This document shows positions 11,877 through 23,264 of a stretch of 64,000 nt of DNA, piece after piece. The DNA is taken from positions 1,364,001 through 1,428,000 of the forward strand of contig JBLDXI010000033.1 in assembly GCA_047495785.1 (NCBI GenBank), read 5' to 3'. Each line of letters opens with the position of its first letter. Position 1 is the stretch's first letter. Below the pieces are notes generated by a model. The model made no database searches, had not been told where the DNA came from, and worked only from the letters and a program-made list of their open reading frames with translations. Origin of the DNA: Lepidodermella squamata. Lineage: Eukaryota > Animalia > Gastrotricha. The position numbers and the translations under genes were made by a program.

Positions 11877-12995
11877 ATGCCAGCTGTTTCGAAGAAACTC
11901 GTCCTATCTGCTCAGTCGAAAGATCTGACCGCTGGTCTAAATCTCGAGGAGGAAACCATTCCAGAGCCTAAAACCGGCGAAGCTTTGGTCAAAGTTCTGT
12001 ACTCTCCGATCAATCCGAGCGATATCGGCGTCCTAAATGGAAGACTTGGAGATGGTGCTCTCTTCTCACTGCCAGCAACGCCCGGTTTAGAGGGAGTAGT
12101 CGAAGTGGTCAAGTCACCCAGCGGCGCCTTTCAACCAGGTGATCGGGCCATCATTCAAATATCCCCGGGATGGGGCTACTGGCGCGAGGCTGGCATCGCG
12201 CTGGAAAAAGACCTCATTAAAGTGCCGAAGGAACTGCCAGCCGAAGCTGCTGCTACTCTGATCGTCAATCCATGCACTGCTTACATGTGAGAAAAGCCTA
12301 TAGTGGTATTTTCCGATATAATTTTGAATTTTATAGCATGGTCAAGCACAGTGTCCCACTGAACGCCGGAGATGTGATTATTCAAAACGGCGCGAATTCG
12401 GCTCTTGGAAAAATCGTCATCCAATTAGCCAAAGCCTTTGGTTACAAAACCATCAACGTCGTCCGAGAACGGCCGAACTTGCAAGAGTTGGCCGATGAGC
12501 TGACGAAACTCGGCGCTGATGCTGTCATCACTGACGAGCAGTTGAAGGGCGGCATTTCAAAGCTGAATCTCGGCCTCCCAGCGCCTAAATTAGCTATCGA
12601 ATGTGTTGGTGGCGAAGCTAGCCTGCACCTAGTTGCAGCTTTGGCAGACGGCGGAACTGTGGCCATCTACGCCGCCATGGCCGGCCAGCCTCTTTCTCTG
12701 TCTCAAGCTGACATAGTTCTCCGTGAGATGCGCTTAGCCGGCCTCAACGTTTTCTCGTAAGTTTGGTTTTATTTTGTCTCGTTTTCTAACACAATTATAA
12801 TGAACTTTATTTAGGTGGATCGCCCGCAAGCCTAAGGAGTACCCTGAAGTTGTCAAGGATGTTATTGGTCTTTTCGTGAGCGGAAAATTACAGCTGCCGA
12901 AATTTCGCAAATTTCCTCTCGCCCAGTGGAAAGAAGCTGTCAAGCATGCTGTAACTGGCGTTGTGAACGAGAAGGTTCTCATTCAGTTCAATTGA
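11877..12995 (+). CDS. MECR-like: MECR/ETR-like enoyl reductase, copy 4 (lacks the conserved Tyr after INPSD...G)
   Basis: Same three-exon structure; last exon WIARKPKEYPEVV...KVLIQFN* ends at 12995. Confidence 0.85.
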
Positions 12996-13464
12996 ATCTT
13001 AATGATTTCAAGGACTGTGACAGAAGATGCCCGTTTGTGTGAACATTAAATGCTGTCAGTGATTAAGTTGATCCCTTTTCAATAGAGCTTGGAATTCAGC
13101 TGATTTTTCATAAAGAATTTAGGAAGCTCCAAATATATTACCATGATATTCATTGTGACTTGTGACGTTAATTAAAAGGACTTCGAGACTTGTTTGTGCT
13201 TGGGTTCAACTTGGGTTCAAGTCTTGACATTGGGTTCAACTATCAAATGTTTGCAACAAAGTACTAGTCAACGCGAGACATTTTTCGTCGAGAAATCGTC
13301 CTGTTCGATGATCCGCATATTATTAGCTCATTACGTCGAAGCTTTAGTTACTAATTTTTAGTGATCCCCATTGTTCGGCTAATTTGTCACGGCTCAATTG
13401 AAAATCGATTTCCATGCATGTTCATTTCAAGTTATATCGCCATTTCACCGCAAAATCGTCGGAT

Positions 13465-14708
13465 ATGACTTTGTCTGACATCAACTCCTCAAGTAATAAC
13501 GCTGGCGTTGTTATTGGAGACTCCTGGGTTGTAGCAACACTGCCAGAAAAAGGATTCAACAACTCTCGGCCCTACTTTGTAGGCTGGATACACGATTTCA
13601 CGGCTAAAACCCTATCAGAGCGGCTTGTATTTTTCATTATTTATCTGCTATTCACCTTGCTCATTATCGCAGCAAATACTGCGAATATCGTGGTCTATGT
13701 CAAACGGAGAGTTCGAAGAGATTTTCTTCTGCTTACAGCCCTTTTAGGACTGAGTTCAACTGCATTCGGCGTCGGGCATGTTGTCGTTATCGGGATAACG
13801 CTAACTACAGGATTTTGGGAAGCTGGAAGTGCTGTTTGCACCAGTCTCGTAATGCTCCTATTCACAACAGGATCGCAGGGCAGTTGGATTTTCATGTTGA
13901 TCAGCTACGAGCGAAGGCTATGCATCATGTCCAGGAGGTCATCCAATTCTAAAAAGGTAAACTTCTCGGTAATCAAAATTTTTGTGTATACATTTCAAAA
14001 TTTTAAGGTGGCTATTCTCGGCACTGTTTCATTCGCAATCGGAACTGCGTTTTTCTCATTAGTGACGATTTATCCTTTCAAGACTTTCAGCATGCAGTAT
14101 TTGAGTATCTCTGGCATCAATAATGGATCCGCGGTCCCAATATGTGGCAGCTTTGATCATCGTTTGATCGGAAGCTACGACACTTCACTCATGATTTCGC
14201 TTTATTACGTATTCGGGTCTCTGTTAATTCCAGCAAGTATTACAGCTTACAACTATTGGTAAACCTGGTATTTTAAATGCGAATGATAAATTAATGAATT
14301 TTTCTGTCTAATAGGACCGTTTTTCGAATGATCAGTGCCGTTTCGGTTTCCGTTCAAAGCGGTGGTTCGAAGCCTAGAATAACTGAATGGCAGGAGCGAG
14401 AGATTTTCTTTATGAAAAGATCCATTGCATCGCTGCTCGCTTTCGCCGTTTTTCATAGCCCGGTTTTCTTAGCCCTGCTTTTCATCGTATTTTACGACGG
14501 CGCCGGGCCTTATTTACTGACCAGCAAATTTCACAAAGGTTCTGTTGCAGTTTTGATGGCGGAGATGGCGCTTGGACCTGTAATACAGAGCGTTCGGCCG
14601 GGGTTCTTCAAAGATATAGGAAAAATTTTAGATCCTTTCCAAAAGTTCATCGTTTCCCGAAGTCAAGCAAGGTCATCTGGTATTCAGCAGGCCACGTTAA
14701 TTCAATAA
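13465..14708 (+). CDS. Class A (rhodopsin-like) 7TM receptor, divergent
   Basis: Seven hydrophobic segments, N-glycosylated N-terminus, TM1 AN..N, TM3 C...ISYERR (DRY equivalent), ECL2 Cys, TM5 LLIP..IT.YNY. Introns 13957-14007 and 14259-14314. Confidence 0.75.
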
Positions 14709-14724
14709 ATAATGGTATCAGACG

Positions 14725-14796
14725 AGCAGAGTGGCGCAGTGGAAGCGCGCTGGGCCCATAACCCAGAGGTCTGTAGATCGAAACTACGCTCTGCTA
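14725..14796 (+). tRNA. tRNA-iMet: Initiator tRNA-Met (CAT)
   Basis: AGCAGAGTGGCGCAGTGGAAGCGCGCTGGGCCCATAACCCAGAGGTC...GATCGAAAC...CTCTGCTA: A1-U72 pair, GGG/CCC anticodon stem, GATCG T-loop. Oligo-T terminator at ~14807-14815. Confidence 0.97.
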
Positions 14797-16136
14797 AATG
14801 TCATATATTTTTTTTAAACGCAAGAATAAAGTAAAAAATGTTTTTATATTGAATATAATTTTAAATAATTGAAATTAAATTTTTAACGGAATTTACCATC
14901 CATCCAAATTTTACCACTAAATTTCCTTCAAATATCCTTTCTCCAGCTAAAAATTCATAATATATCCTTTAATTCAATAAAATGGAAGGGAATTAAGTCG
15001 ATTCAAAGGAAAAAGAGGAATTGTTCAAGACTAGTGTTAAAATTGCGTTTAGGGTTGAACGCCAAGTTTCATTTTATTGGAATTTCTTAGTCCGATATGA
15101 CACCTGTCGAAAAAAAGCAATTTTTTCATTTTCAGCATTACCTAAGGTGAATCCTCTGTATATTTCTGTTTATTGTCACAGAAAAGAAACACGATCGACC
15201 ATCAAAAAATATTCTTCCAAGTTTGCGGCTAGAAAGCTAGAAAGCCGAAACGCACTCCATTTCACGGTAATGGATGGCGACATGTCTTTTGGCTGATGTT
15301 GGAGCCGCGAGATTGATAGCTCGGCAAACATGCACTGCAACGTTTATTTTCAGTCATCATCATTATTTAGCCTATTGCTAAGCTATTTGTCACAACACAG
15401 GTATAACCTGGTAATATAGAGTGATGTCAATGTTTTTTCTAGCAATAAGCTACACTGAAGCGCGCACAATGCTCATCATTGTATGGCACCACTCTGAAGA
15501 CACGCCTCGCTCAGAAGAGTAGGAAAAAACTCGCGCACAGCGAGCCACTTGCCGGCGTTTTATTAGCACTGATGATTGTTATTATTATTTGTTATAAGTA
15601 GGCGGTGGCTCGCAATAGCCGTGTGCGGTGCATATGCCGTTGTTTGCAGCCGCCGAGCGACGTGCGGCGTGTCACCCGCTATGCTTGATGCCGTTTCGCT
15701 CGCCTGTGACAGCCGCGCAACTACGCCTACGTGCGCGCAAAACGCGCGCGCGCGCTCGCATTTTTTCCAGCGCGGCGCCTGACTTATTTCTACCGTTCAT
15801 CGCAAACGCAACTGGTCAGTCGCAGGCTCAATTAATAATAATTAATCGTCATGATTCATCCAAGCAGTGACGAAATAGATTATCAGCTCTATCGCAGATA
15901 AACATCAGGCCAGAATTTTCTCGGTTCAGTCTGTTATATACCGGCCGTTTCTTGGCCATACTTTTATAAACGTTTTGATACATGGAAACAATAGAGGTTG
16001 GATTACTCCTCAAATATAGGTTTTAGGTACGATACATCTCTTTGATAAACTAAGAAAATTGAGAAAATCTTACTGCGGTACTAAATATTATTTAATTCAA
16101 TACCTAAACATTTTATTCGGTTATTCAACTTGTTAT

Positions 16137-16206
16137 GTTAGGTTTAGGTTTAAGGCTAGGGTTAGGGTTAGGGTTAGGGTTAGGGTTAGGGTTAGGGTTA
16201 GGGTTA
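16137..16206 (+). repeat. Interstitial telomeric-type (TTAGGG)n tract
   Basis: About 7 perfect TTAGGG units plus degenerate flanking units. Confidence 0.9.
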
Positions 16207-16300
16207 AAGGATGGGTCTTAATATTGGGGAGGAATAATTTGGCAATGAATTCACTATACCCGAAGAAAATTATCCTACAAAATACACATTTATATTTAGA

Positions 16301-18265
16301 ATGGGTCTCAATTTGTTACTAATATTTTTGGTACCGGCCTGTTTCGCCAACGAGGTAAGCAACCTTTACTCGAGGAAGTTTACCACTGGTTGCGATGCCA
16401 GCAATGAAGGGTGAGAATGGTTGCTGATTTTTTTTATTTTTTTTTAATTAATTTTTTTCAGCAATGTTTTCTATCTCACTTTTATGAGCAACATCCCGGA
16501 TCAGCCGAAGAATGTTCCCGTTGAAATTTTCGTGGCAACAGCCGCCGACAGCGCGTCCGTGACTCTTGAAACCGCAGCCGGCCGTGTCGATACGAAAACC
16601 GTTACCCGGGGCCAAATCGTCCGGTTCCAGGTCCCGCGTGAGGTTGCTGTTCTAACAGACACCGGCAAGTCGTCGCGAGCTCGCGTTGTCAAGGTCACCT
16701 CCGACCAAAAAATTGTAGTATACGGCGCCAATAAGGAGCACTACACCACCGATGCTTTCCTGGCCCTGCCTGAGACCGTCATTGGAACTCAGTACTACGC
16801 CGTCACGTGGTTCCCCCCGGTTAACTACGCCAAGCCCGATTACTGTGAAATCGCCATTGCCGCGGGCAAAGAGCAGGCTGTTGTTGAGATCACCCTGCCT
16901 CAAATCACCGGTGGCCAGTCAGGCGGTCGGGGATACCGCCCGGCTGATGCTGTCGCGACCTCGCCACTGCCCTTCATCCCACCAGAGCAGCCAGCTGTCC
17001 CGGCTCAGTTGCCGCCGCACGAACCCGAAACCCCGCTCGACTACCCACCACCTGGCGCGGATACCGTCCCATACCCGCACCGACCAGTTCCGGATAACGG
17101 CGGATATCCATTCAGCAACCAGCGCCTCGAGGATCCTCTGAACATCTACGCCGCTTATATGCCACCACCATACCCGGGCAATAACGAGGACACCGATGGC
17201 TACTACGTCCCAACGCCCATCCCTCACCCTGTTGATGCCGACCCTAGCGAAAGCATTGCTTGCAACGTCGAAATCGACGGCCGCGTGTACCGCAACGGCG
17301 ACACTATCACCGTGCAACTCCAGGCATTGGAAGCTCTTCAAATTCAGGCTAAATGCGATTTGACAGGTGCCTACATCAAGTCAACGCGTCCGATCGCCGT
17401 TTTCAGCGGAAACGCTCGTACCGCTATTGGCCCGGGCGCCATCACCCGTGATCATTTAGTCGAGCAGATCCCGCCAGTACCAACCTGGGGACGCACCTTC
17501 GTCACCCACCCAACCCCACGCCGCACTGTTGGTGATTACTTCAAGATCATCGCGGCTGAGGATGGTACTGAGATCACCGTCTCGCCGAGTGGTCGCCTCG
17601 TTAAGGCGGCTATCACCGACCGCCAGCAGCGCACGTTGAACGCTGGTCAACAATGGCAATTGGACGTTCCATCCCAGAGCTACCTCCACATTGTCGCGAC
17701 TAAGCCCATTTTGGTCGTGCAATTCGTGAAATCTCAGACAATTGGCACCGAACCAGCTGACCCGGCCATGAGCCTGGTTATGCCCATCGAGCAGTTCGGC
17801 CTCGGTTACACCTTCAACACCGTCGAGGGTGTCGCGACTACGTACCAAAATTTCATGACTGTTGCCGTTCATCGCGGTAAAGAGCACACCCTGGTGTTGG
17901 ACGGTGTCCCGGTTCAACCGGCTGAGGGTTGGTCCGAGGTGGCTGGTAGCAATGTGACGGTTGGCTACCTTAGCATCCACCCGGGTACGCACACCATTTC
18001 GAGCCAGAACGGTGACACCCGCTTTGCCACTTACATCTACGGTGCCGGCGATCGCGAGAGCTACGCATATCCTACCGGAATGTGCCTCAAGCTTTTGGTA
18101 AAATTTAATTTAATTTTTTAAAATTAAAAAAATTTTAAGGAGGGTTTTTTAGAATTTTCAAATTTTTCAATTAATTTTAATTAATTTAATTTTAATTTTT
18201 AGGAATGCCCGTCGACTCCTGGCTGCTGCTGCCAACGCTGCGAACGTGGCCTCGGTCTGTTCTGA
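16301..18265 (+). CDS. Secreted IgGFc-binding-protein N-terminal-domain protein, head 1 plus short Cys-rich tail
   Basis: Signal peptide MGLNLLLIFLVPACFA; exons 16301-16410, 16462-18097, 18203-18265. Motifs TDAFLALP, DLTGA.I.S..PIAVFSG, DHLVEQIPP..TWG, ADPAM, ESYAYP.G; Pro-rich insert; tail ECPSTPGCCCQRCERGLGLF*. Confidence 0.85.
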
Positions 18266-19126
18266 AAGCCTTATCGATACCTTTCGGCAATTCAGAGATG
18301 AGAAAAGAAAATGAAAAAAAAATCAGTGCTGTGAGATGATCAAAATCACCGTTTCGATCCTGTGCATTTCTTTATAATTTATTATTTTTCTAACCATAGC
18401 CTTGTATTTTTTGTCGAATATCGTGACCCTAGTTTTATTTACTATCGCGAATTTCTCACATTTTGCCGCAAAGTAAAAAAGGATGCTGCCACGTGATGGG
18501 TTCATTCTGATTCAACACTTAGCCATTTATTGTTATTTGCGGATATAAACCGCAGAATGTTTCAATCAGAGCATGACTGAGGCTTTGAGGCACGATTTTT
18601 CCCAGATGTGCACTCGTCTCCTGTTCCGGCTGGTTGATATAGCGTAAACACTGAGGCGTAGGCTTACCTAAATATTTTTCGTCATTCACGCCAAAAATTA
18701 TCATTTTTGCGCCACATACCTGCGATATATGAGGCCGGCTAATATATAATATGAAACACGGCCGCAGAATAAAAAAAAGTAAGCGTGGGAAAAACTACTC
18801 ATATCCTATATCTGGAGATGTCATGGCGGTAAATCGAGCAACCACCTTAATTTACAATTTCGGCTAATTTACCTGATGCTGATGGCAAAGTCCACCCGCG
18901 TCCGCTGTTGATTTTGTGCACACGCACTAATTTACATGTGTCAACACATCAACGACATCTTGTCACATCCGGTATATTGCACGTCAAATCTTAATGCAAC
19001 ACCGGAGACACATGAACTTCCTTAGCAACAGCTTGATTTGCGGTTCCGTTGCTAAGGACGCTAATTCTATTTTTTCAATTTTTTATTCCGAAATTCTCAA
19101 TTTTTCAGATTATTTTTGTATAATAA

Positions 19127-20634
19127 ATGTTGTTGGGCTTGTTAATCGCTTTTACCTGCTTTGGGAGGGCCGTTTTCAGCCAGCAAAGTCAGCCGAAAGC
19201 ACCCGAGCGTGACGATTGTAAGCAGTTGTCAAATTACGGCAATTCGTTTCATTTCACGGTTCTCGACACGGATGACGCTGTTAACCAGGCCATGGAACCG
19301 GCCCGACTCACCCTGGTACCAGCCCGGCAGACAGGTTCGACTCATCTGTCAATCAGAGCCGGGGCGTTTGCGCAAGATGGCGACTTTTCAAACTCGCCCG
19401 AACAGCAGGAAATACCGATGATGGCTCAAACCCGGCAACAGAGTGCAGTTGCGACCGGGCGATTCGAATTCGCAGTATGTAGCAAGTTCCAACAGGGTGC
19501 GACAGCCAATGCAACCGGAAAGGCTTGTATTGTCACGGAAAAGGCCGTCCGGGTCCAGACTAACCAGCCGGTAGCCGCTGCGGTGAGCCAGGGCGATGAG
19601 TCATACACTTTGATTCCTGATTCAGCGGCTGGGCAGGAATATATTGTGGCCGGTTGGTTCCCACCAACGAATCCATCGAATGCAATCAAGTCTGATTTTT
19701 TAATTTTCATTAATTTTTCAAAAATTTACTTATTTTCAGGCAAAATGTGTTGGCTATTGTGGCTATCATGGAAAATACAACAGTCACAATTTCTCTACCC
19801 TCCGACCCAACTTGGACGTGTCAAATCACATTCGGCACGGGTACTTATAGAGCCGGCGACAAATTTGACCTTGACCTAGAACGCGACAATAGCCTCATCG
19901 TGCAGGCTCAATGCGATTTGACCGGAGTTTTGGTCACCGCGACTCGGCCTTTCGCGGTTTTTTCGTCAATCAACCGCAACCAGGTTGGCTCGTCAACAGC
20001 CCGGTCTGTCATGCAGCTACCGCCTACGGCTGCCTGGGGCAAGCAACATGTAGCCTTCAAAACGCCTAGTTTGCCGAATTCGAACGAGCAGTTGGTTGAT
20101 ACTTGGAAAATTGTCGCTGGTTTAAACGATACTCAGGTCGTTCTATTTCATTCCGACACTCAGTCAAGCGAGACGCTGAACATAAAAGCGCGAAGTTGCT
20201 ACTCAATGTCGTTGAAAGAAGAAAAATGGGTTGAAATAACGTCCAATTACCCGGTTTTAGTTGTTCAAATCATCATGTCACGTGACGGAGCCACGCCGCA
20301 AGACGCCATTGTCCATACACCTGTCGAGCAATTTAAAACGCGAATGATGATGCCTCGTTATCTGTTATGGCCTCATAATTTGACGCTGGCAATCGTCCGG
20401 AAACAATCGCAAAGTTCGGCCCTGGCGATGAATGATGTCCCGTTAGCGATAGGCGAGTGGTCCCCTCAGCCTAATTTGGGCACCCAGGTGGCTGCTGTGC
20501 CCCTATCAACAGGGCTGGTATCGTCGTTTTTGAAGCTAAATTCACCGAGTGCCGCCTTTTCAGCCTACGTTGTAGAACGTTTCGATGGAAATAATGTTCG
20601 GATTTTTTCGGGCGGAACTTGCTACGACCAACTC
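19127..20634 (+). CDS. Divergent IgGFc-binding-domain head 2 (ends on a phase-0 donor; 3' partner exon not adjacent)
   Basis: Signal peptide MLLGLLIAFTCFGRAVFS; WFPP, QAQCDLTG.LV.ATRPFAVFS, QLPP..AWG, PVLVVQ. Intron at ~19690-19739; ends GTCYDQL|GTAAGT at 20635. Confidence 0.75.
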
Positions 20635-21420
20635 GTAAGTATTTATTAATAATTTATTTTCTAAATTTATCTGTTAATTTTGACTGGGTAACTTGTGCGC
20701 TCTATTTATTTTCTCGGCTTTTGAGACGTTTGAAGTTCCGACCGGAAACAGTCTCAAGAATGTGCGAGACATAGGGCTCGATGACCCAGTTTTTGTTATT
20801 GCGCGGGTCGATATTCGCCGAGTGGTATCTATAGATGAAAAGCGGTAAATAATGTGACTTGAGTCATCGGAACGATACAAAACCGATCGTTTTGTAGCGC
20901 GTGTTGGATGAGAAACCGAAACAAGAGGCGTGTTTGCTTAGCGCACTCGGCCGGCCACCTGCGCGCCTTGGCGCCGACGACGTCGTTCCAACGACGCGGC
21001 GAACATATTTACCCGGCATAGCTAGACGCTAATAACAACAATGACAATAAGACCAACGGCAAACACGGCGAAAATAGCGCGTTAAATTAATCAATGCTTT
21101 ATACTATACGACGACGGTGATGACTGTTATTTACTCGGTAATTAATAACCGCAACAGATAAGTGTAGTAGTACGACCACACCCTCTCGAGCCAACTACCT
21201 ACCTGGTTGGCGACAGCGCGCGGGAAACAACTTTCATTTCACCATTTCCCATATCGCAATAAAACTTGTTTATTAGCTTTTTGTTCCGCGCCGCAAAATC
21301 ATTGTTTTTTCTCCACAAAAATCAAGAGCCGTAAATAAACGTTGTTAGCAAACAACAACAACACCAAAACCCGGCCTCCAATCTGTTTCATCTCATTTAT
21401 TATCCATTAATGTAGCGAAA

Positions 21421-22986
21421 ATGAGACACCTATACGTATCCACCTTAATTATTTTAAAAATCGCGCTAATTAACCCAAGTCGCGCAACTACAACGGGTTG
21501 CGAAATCAGCAATGAGGGGTATGGTTATAATTATGATTTTTGATAACCGATAAATTAATCAAAAATTAGCAACGAGTACTACTTGACATTCATGACAAAT
21601 TTCGCGCAACAACCGCATAATGTCCCGATCGAAATTTTTGTCACCACCTTCGCTGATATGGCCACCGTTACGGTAGAATCGCTAGCTGGGATCGAACGAA
21701 AAACAGTCTCCCACAACGCAATCATAACGTTTCAGCTACCAAGGCAATACGTGGTGCTTCATAATACCGGGAAAACGTCTCGAGGCCGGGCGGTTCGCAT
21801 TACTTCTGACCAGAAAATCGTCGTTTATGGCGCGAATAAGGAGACATATACTACGGACGCGTTTCTCGCCTTACCTGGAAACGCGATTGGTCAGCAGTAT
21901 TACGCAATTTCTTGGTTCCCGCCGACCTATTTCTGCGAACTAGCCATCGCGGCGACGAGTAATAAAACTCAGGTCGAGATCACCCTGCCTAAAGAATCGC
22001 AACAAGCTGCTCCGAAATCGACTCTCGTCCCGAAACGAGCTGTGAACCAGAGGCAAATGCGTATTTTGAAAAATTTGACTGGCATCGATCCGGATCAACT
22101 AATCGATGACCCTGAGAGCCAGTTCTACGTACCACAGCCGGACAATATACCAGCTCCCTATATACCATGTGAGGTCGAGCATGACGGTCGGGTGTATCGC
22201 AGTGGAGACACCCTGTTGGTGACGATGAATGAAATGGACGCTTTGCAAGTTCAGGCGAAATGCGACCTGACCGGCACGTTGATTAAGGCGGATAAGCCGA
22301 TTTCAGTCTTCAGCGGTAACGACCGAACAGCGATTGGCCCGGGTGCAATCACGCGTGACCATCTAGTCGAGCAGCTGCCACCAATCAGCGCTTGGGGTCG
22401 TAATTTCGTAACAACGCCCATCCCACGTCGGACAATTGGCGACTATTGGAAATTGATTGCGGCTGAAAACGACACGACTGTCACGGTATCTGGGCTGAAT
22501 GTCGATGAGGATAGCCGTGTTTTGGCAGCTGGCCAAAATTGGCTACTCGATTTAGGATCCTCGTCCCACGCGTTCATCTCAGCCTCTAAGCCAATCATGG
22601 TCGCTCAATTCGTGAAGAGCCAACAGGAGGGCAGTGAAGACGCCGACCCAGCTATGTTGATCGCAAACCCCCTGGAACAGTTCGGTCTCGGCTACACGTT
22701 TTCGACTGTTGAAGGCGTTGCGAATCCTTACAAAATCAATTTCATGATGATTGCGGTGGAAAAGGGCAAGGAGTCTGATTTGCTGCTCGACGGCGCTAGG
22801 TTCGAGCCGGCCGAGTCGTGGACTGAAGTTCCATTGTCTAATGTAACGGCTGGTTACATCGTCCTGGAGCCGGGTACTCACACGATCGGGAGCCAAAATG
22901 GAAACGCGCATTTTGCGACCTACATTTACGGGGCGGGAGATCGCGAGAGCTATGCGTACCCTACAGGAACTTGCCAACATGTCCTC
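21421..22986 (+). CDS. IgGFc-binding-domain head 3
   Basis: Signal-peptide exon 21421-21518, intron to 21569, long exon ending ESYAYPTGTCQHVL|GTAAGT (donor 22987, phase 0). Clearly paralogous to head 1. Confidence 0.85.
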
Positions 22987-23264
22987 GTAAGTATTATTAA
23001 ACGCACAAGTTACCCAGTTGGTTATTTAATTACTTAATTAATTACACGTAAAAAGCGTTGGACGTCCTTTAAAATCGAAAGTTCTCGAGTTTTTTTTGCA
23101 CGATTTTTTTTCGAGTTGAGTTTTGTGCTACTCAAGTTGAGGCTGACGAAAGATCTTTCATTTTGGAGGGCGTCCTCGCTTGTAATGTGGAAATGCCCTC
23201 TAAAGTGCGGATTTTTCCGAAGCTAAAACTGTGCTTTTTTCATCAACCTCCTTAAAAATTGAAG

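Noticed and set aside
16059-16322. ORF containing (RV)n
   Set aside because: It is a translation of the TTAGGG tract.
16501-17992. Long antisense or alternative-frame ORFs over the IgGFc, MECR, sterol reductase and cyclase exons
   Set aside because: These are shadows of codon-biased real exons with no recognisable motifs.
20662-20815. Additional pairing between the head-2 intron and 25889-25920
   Set aside because: Only short, AT-rich, interrupted matches; not distinguishable from chance by eye.
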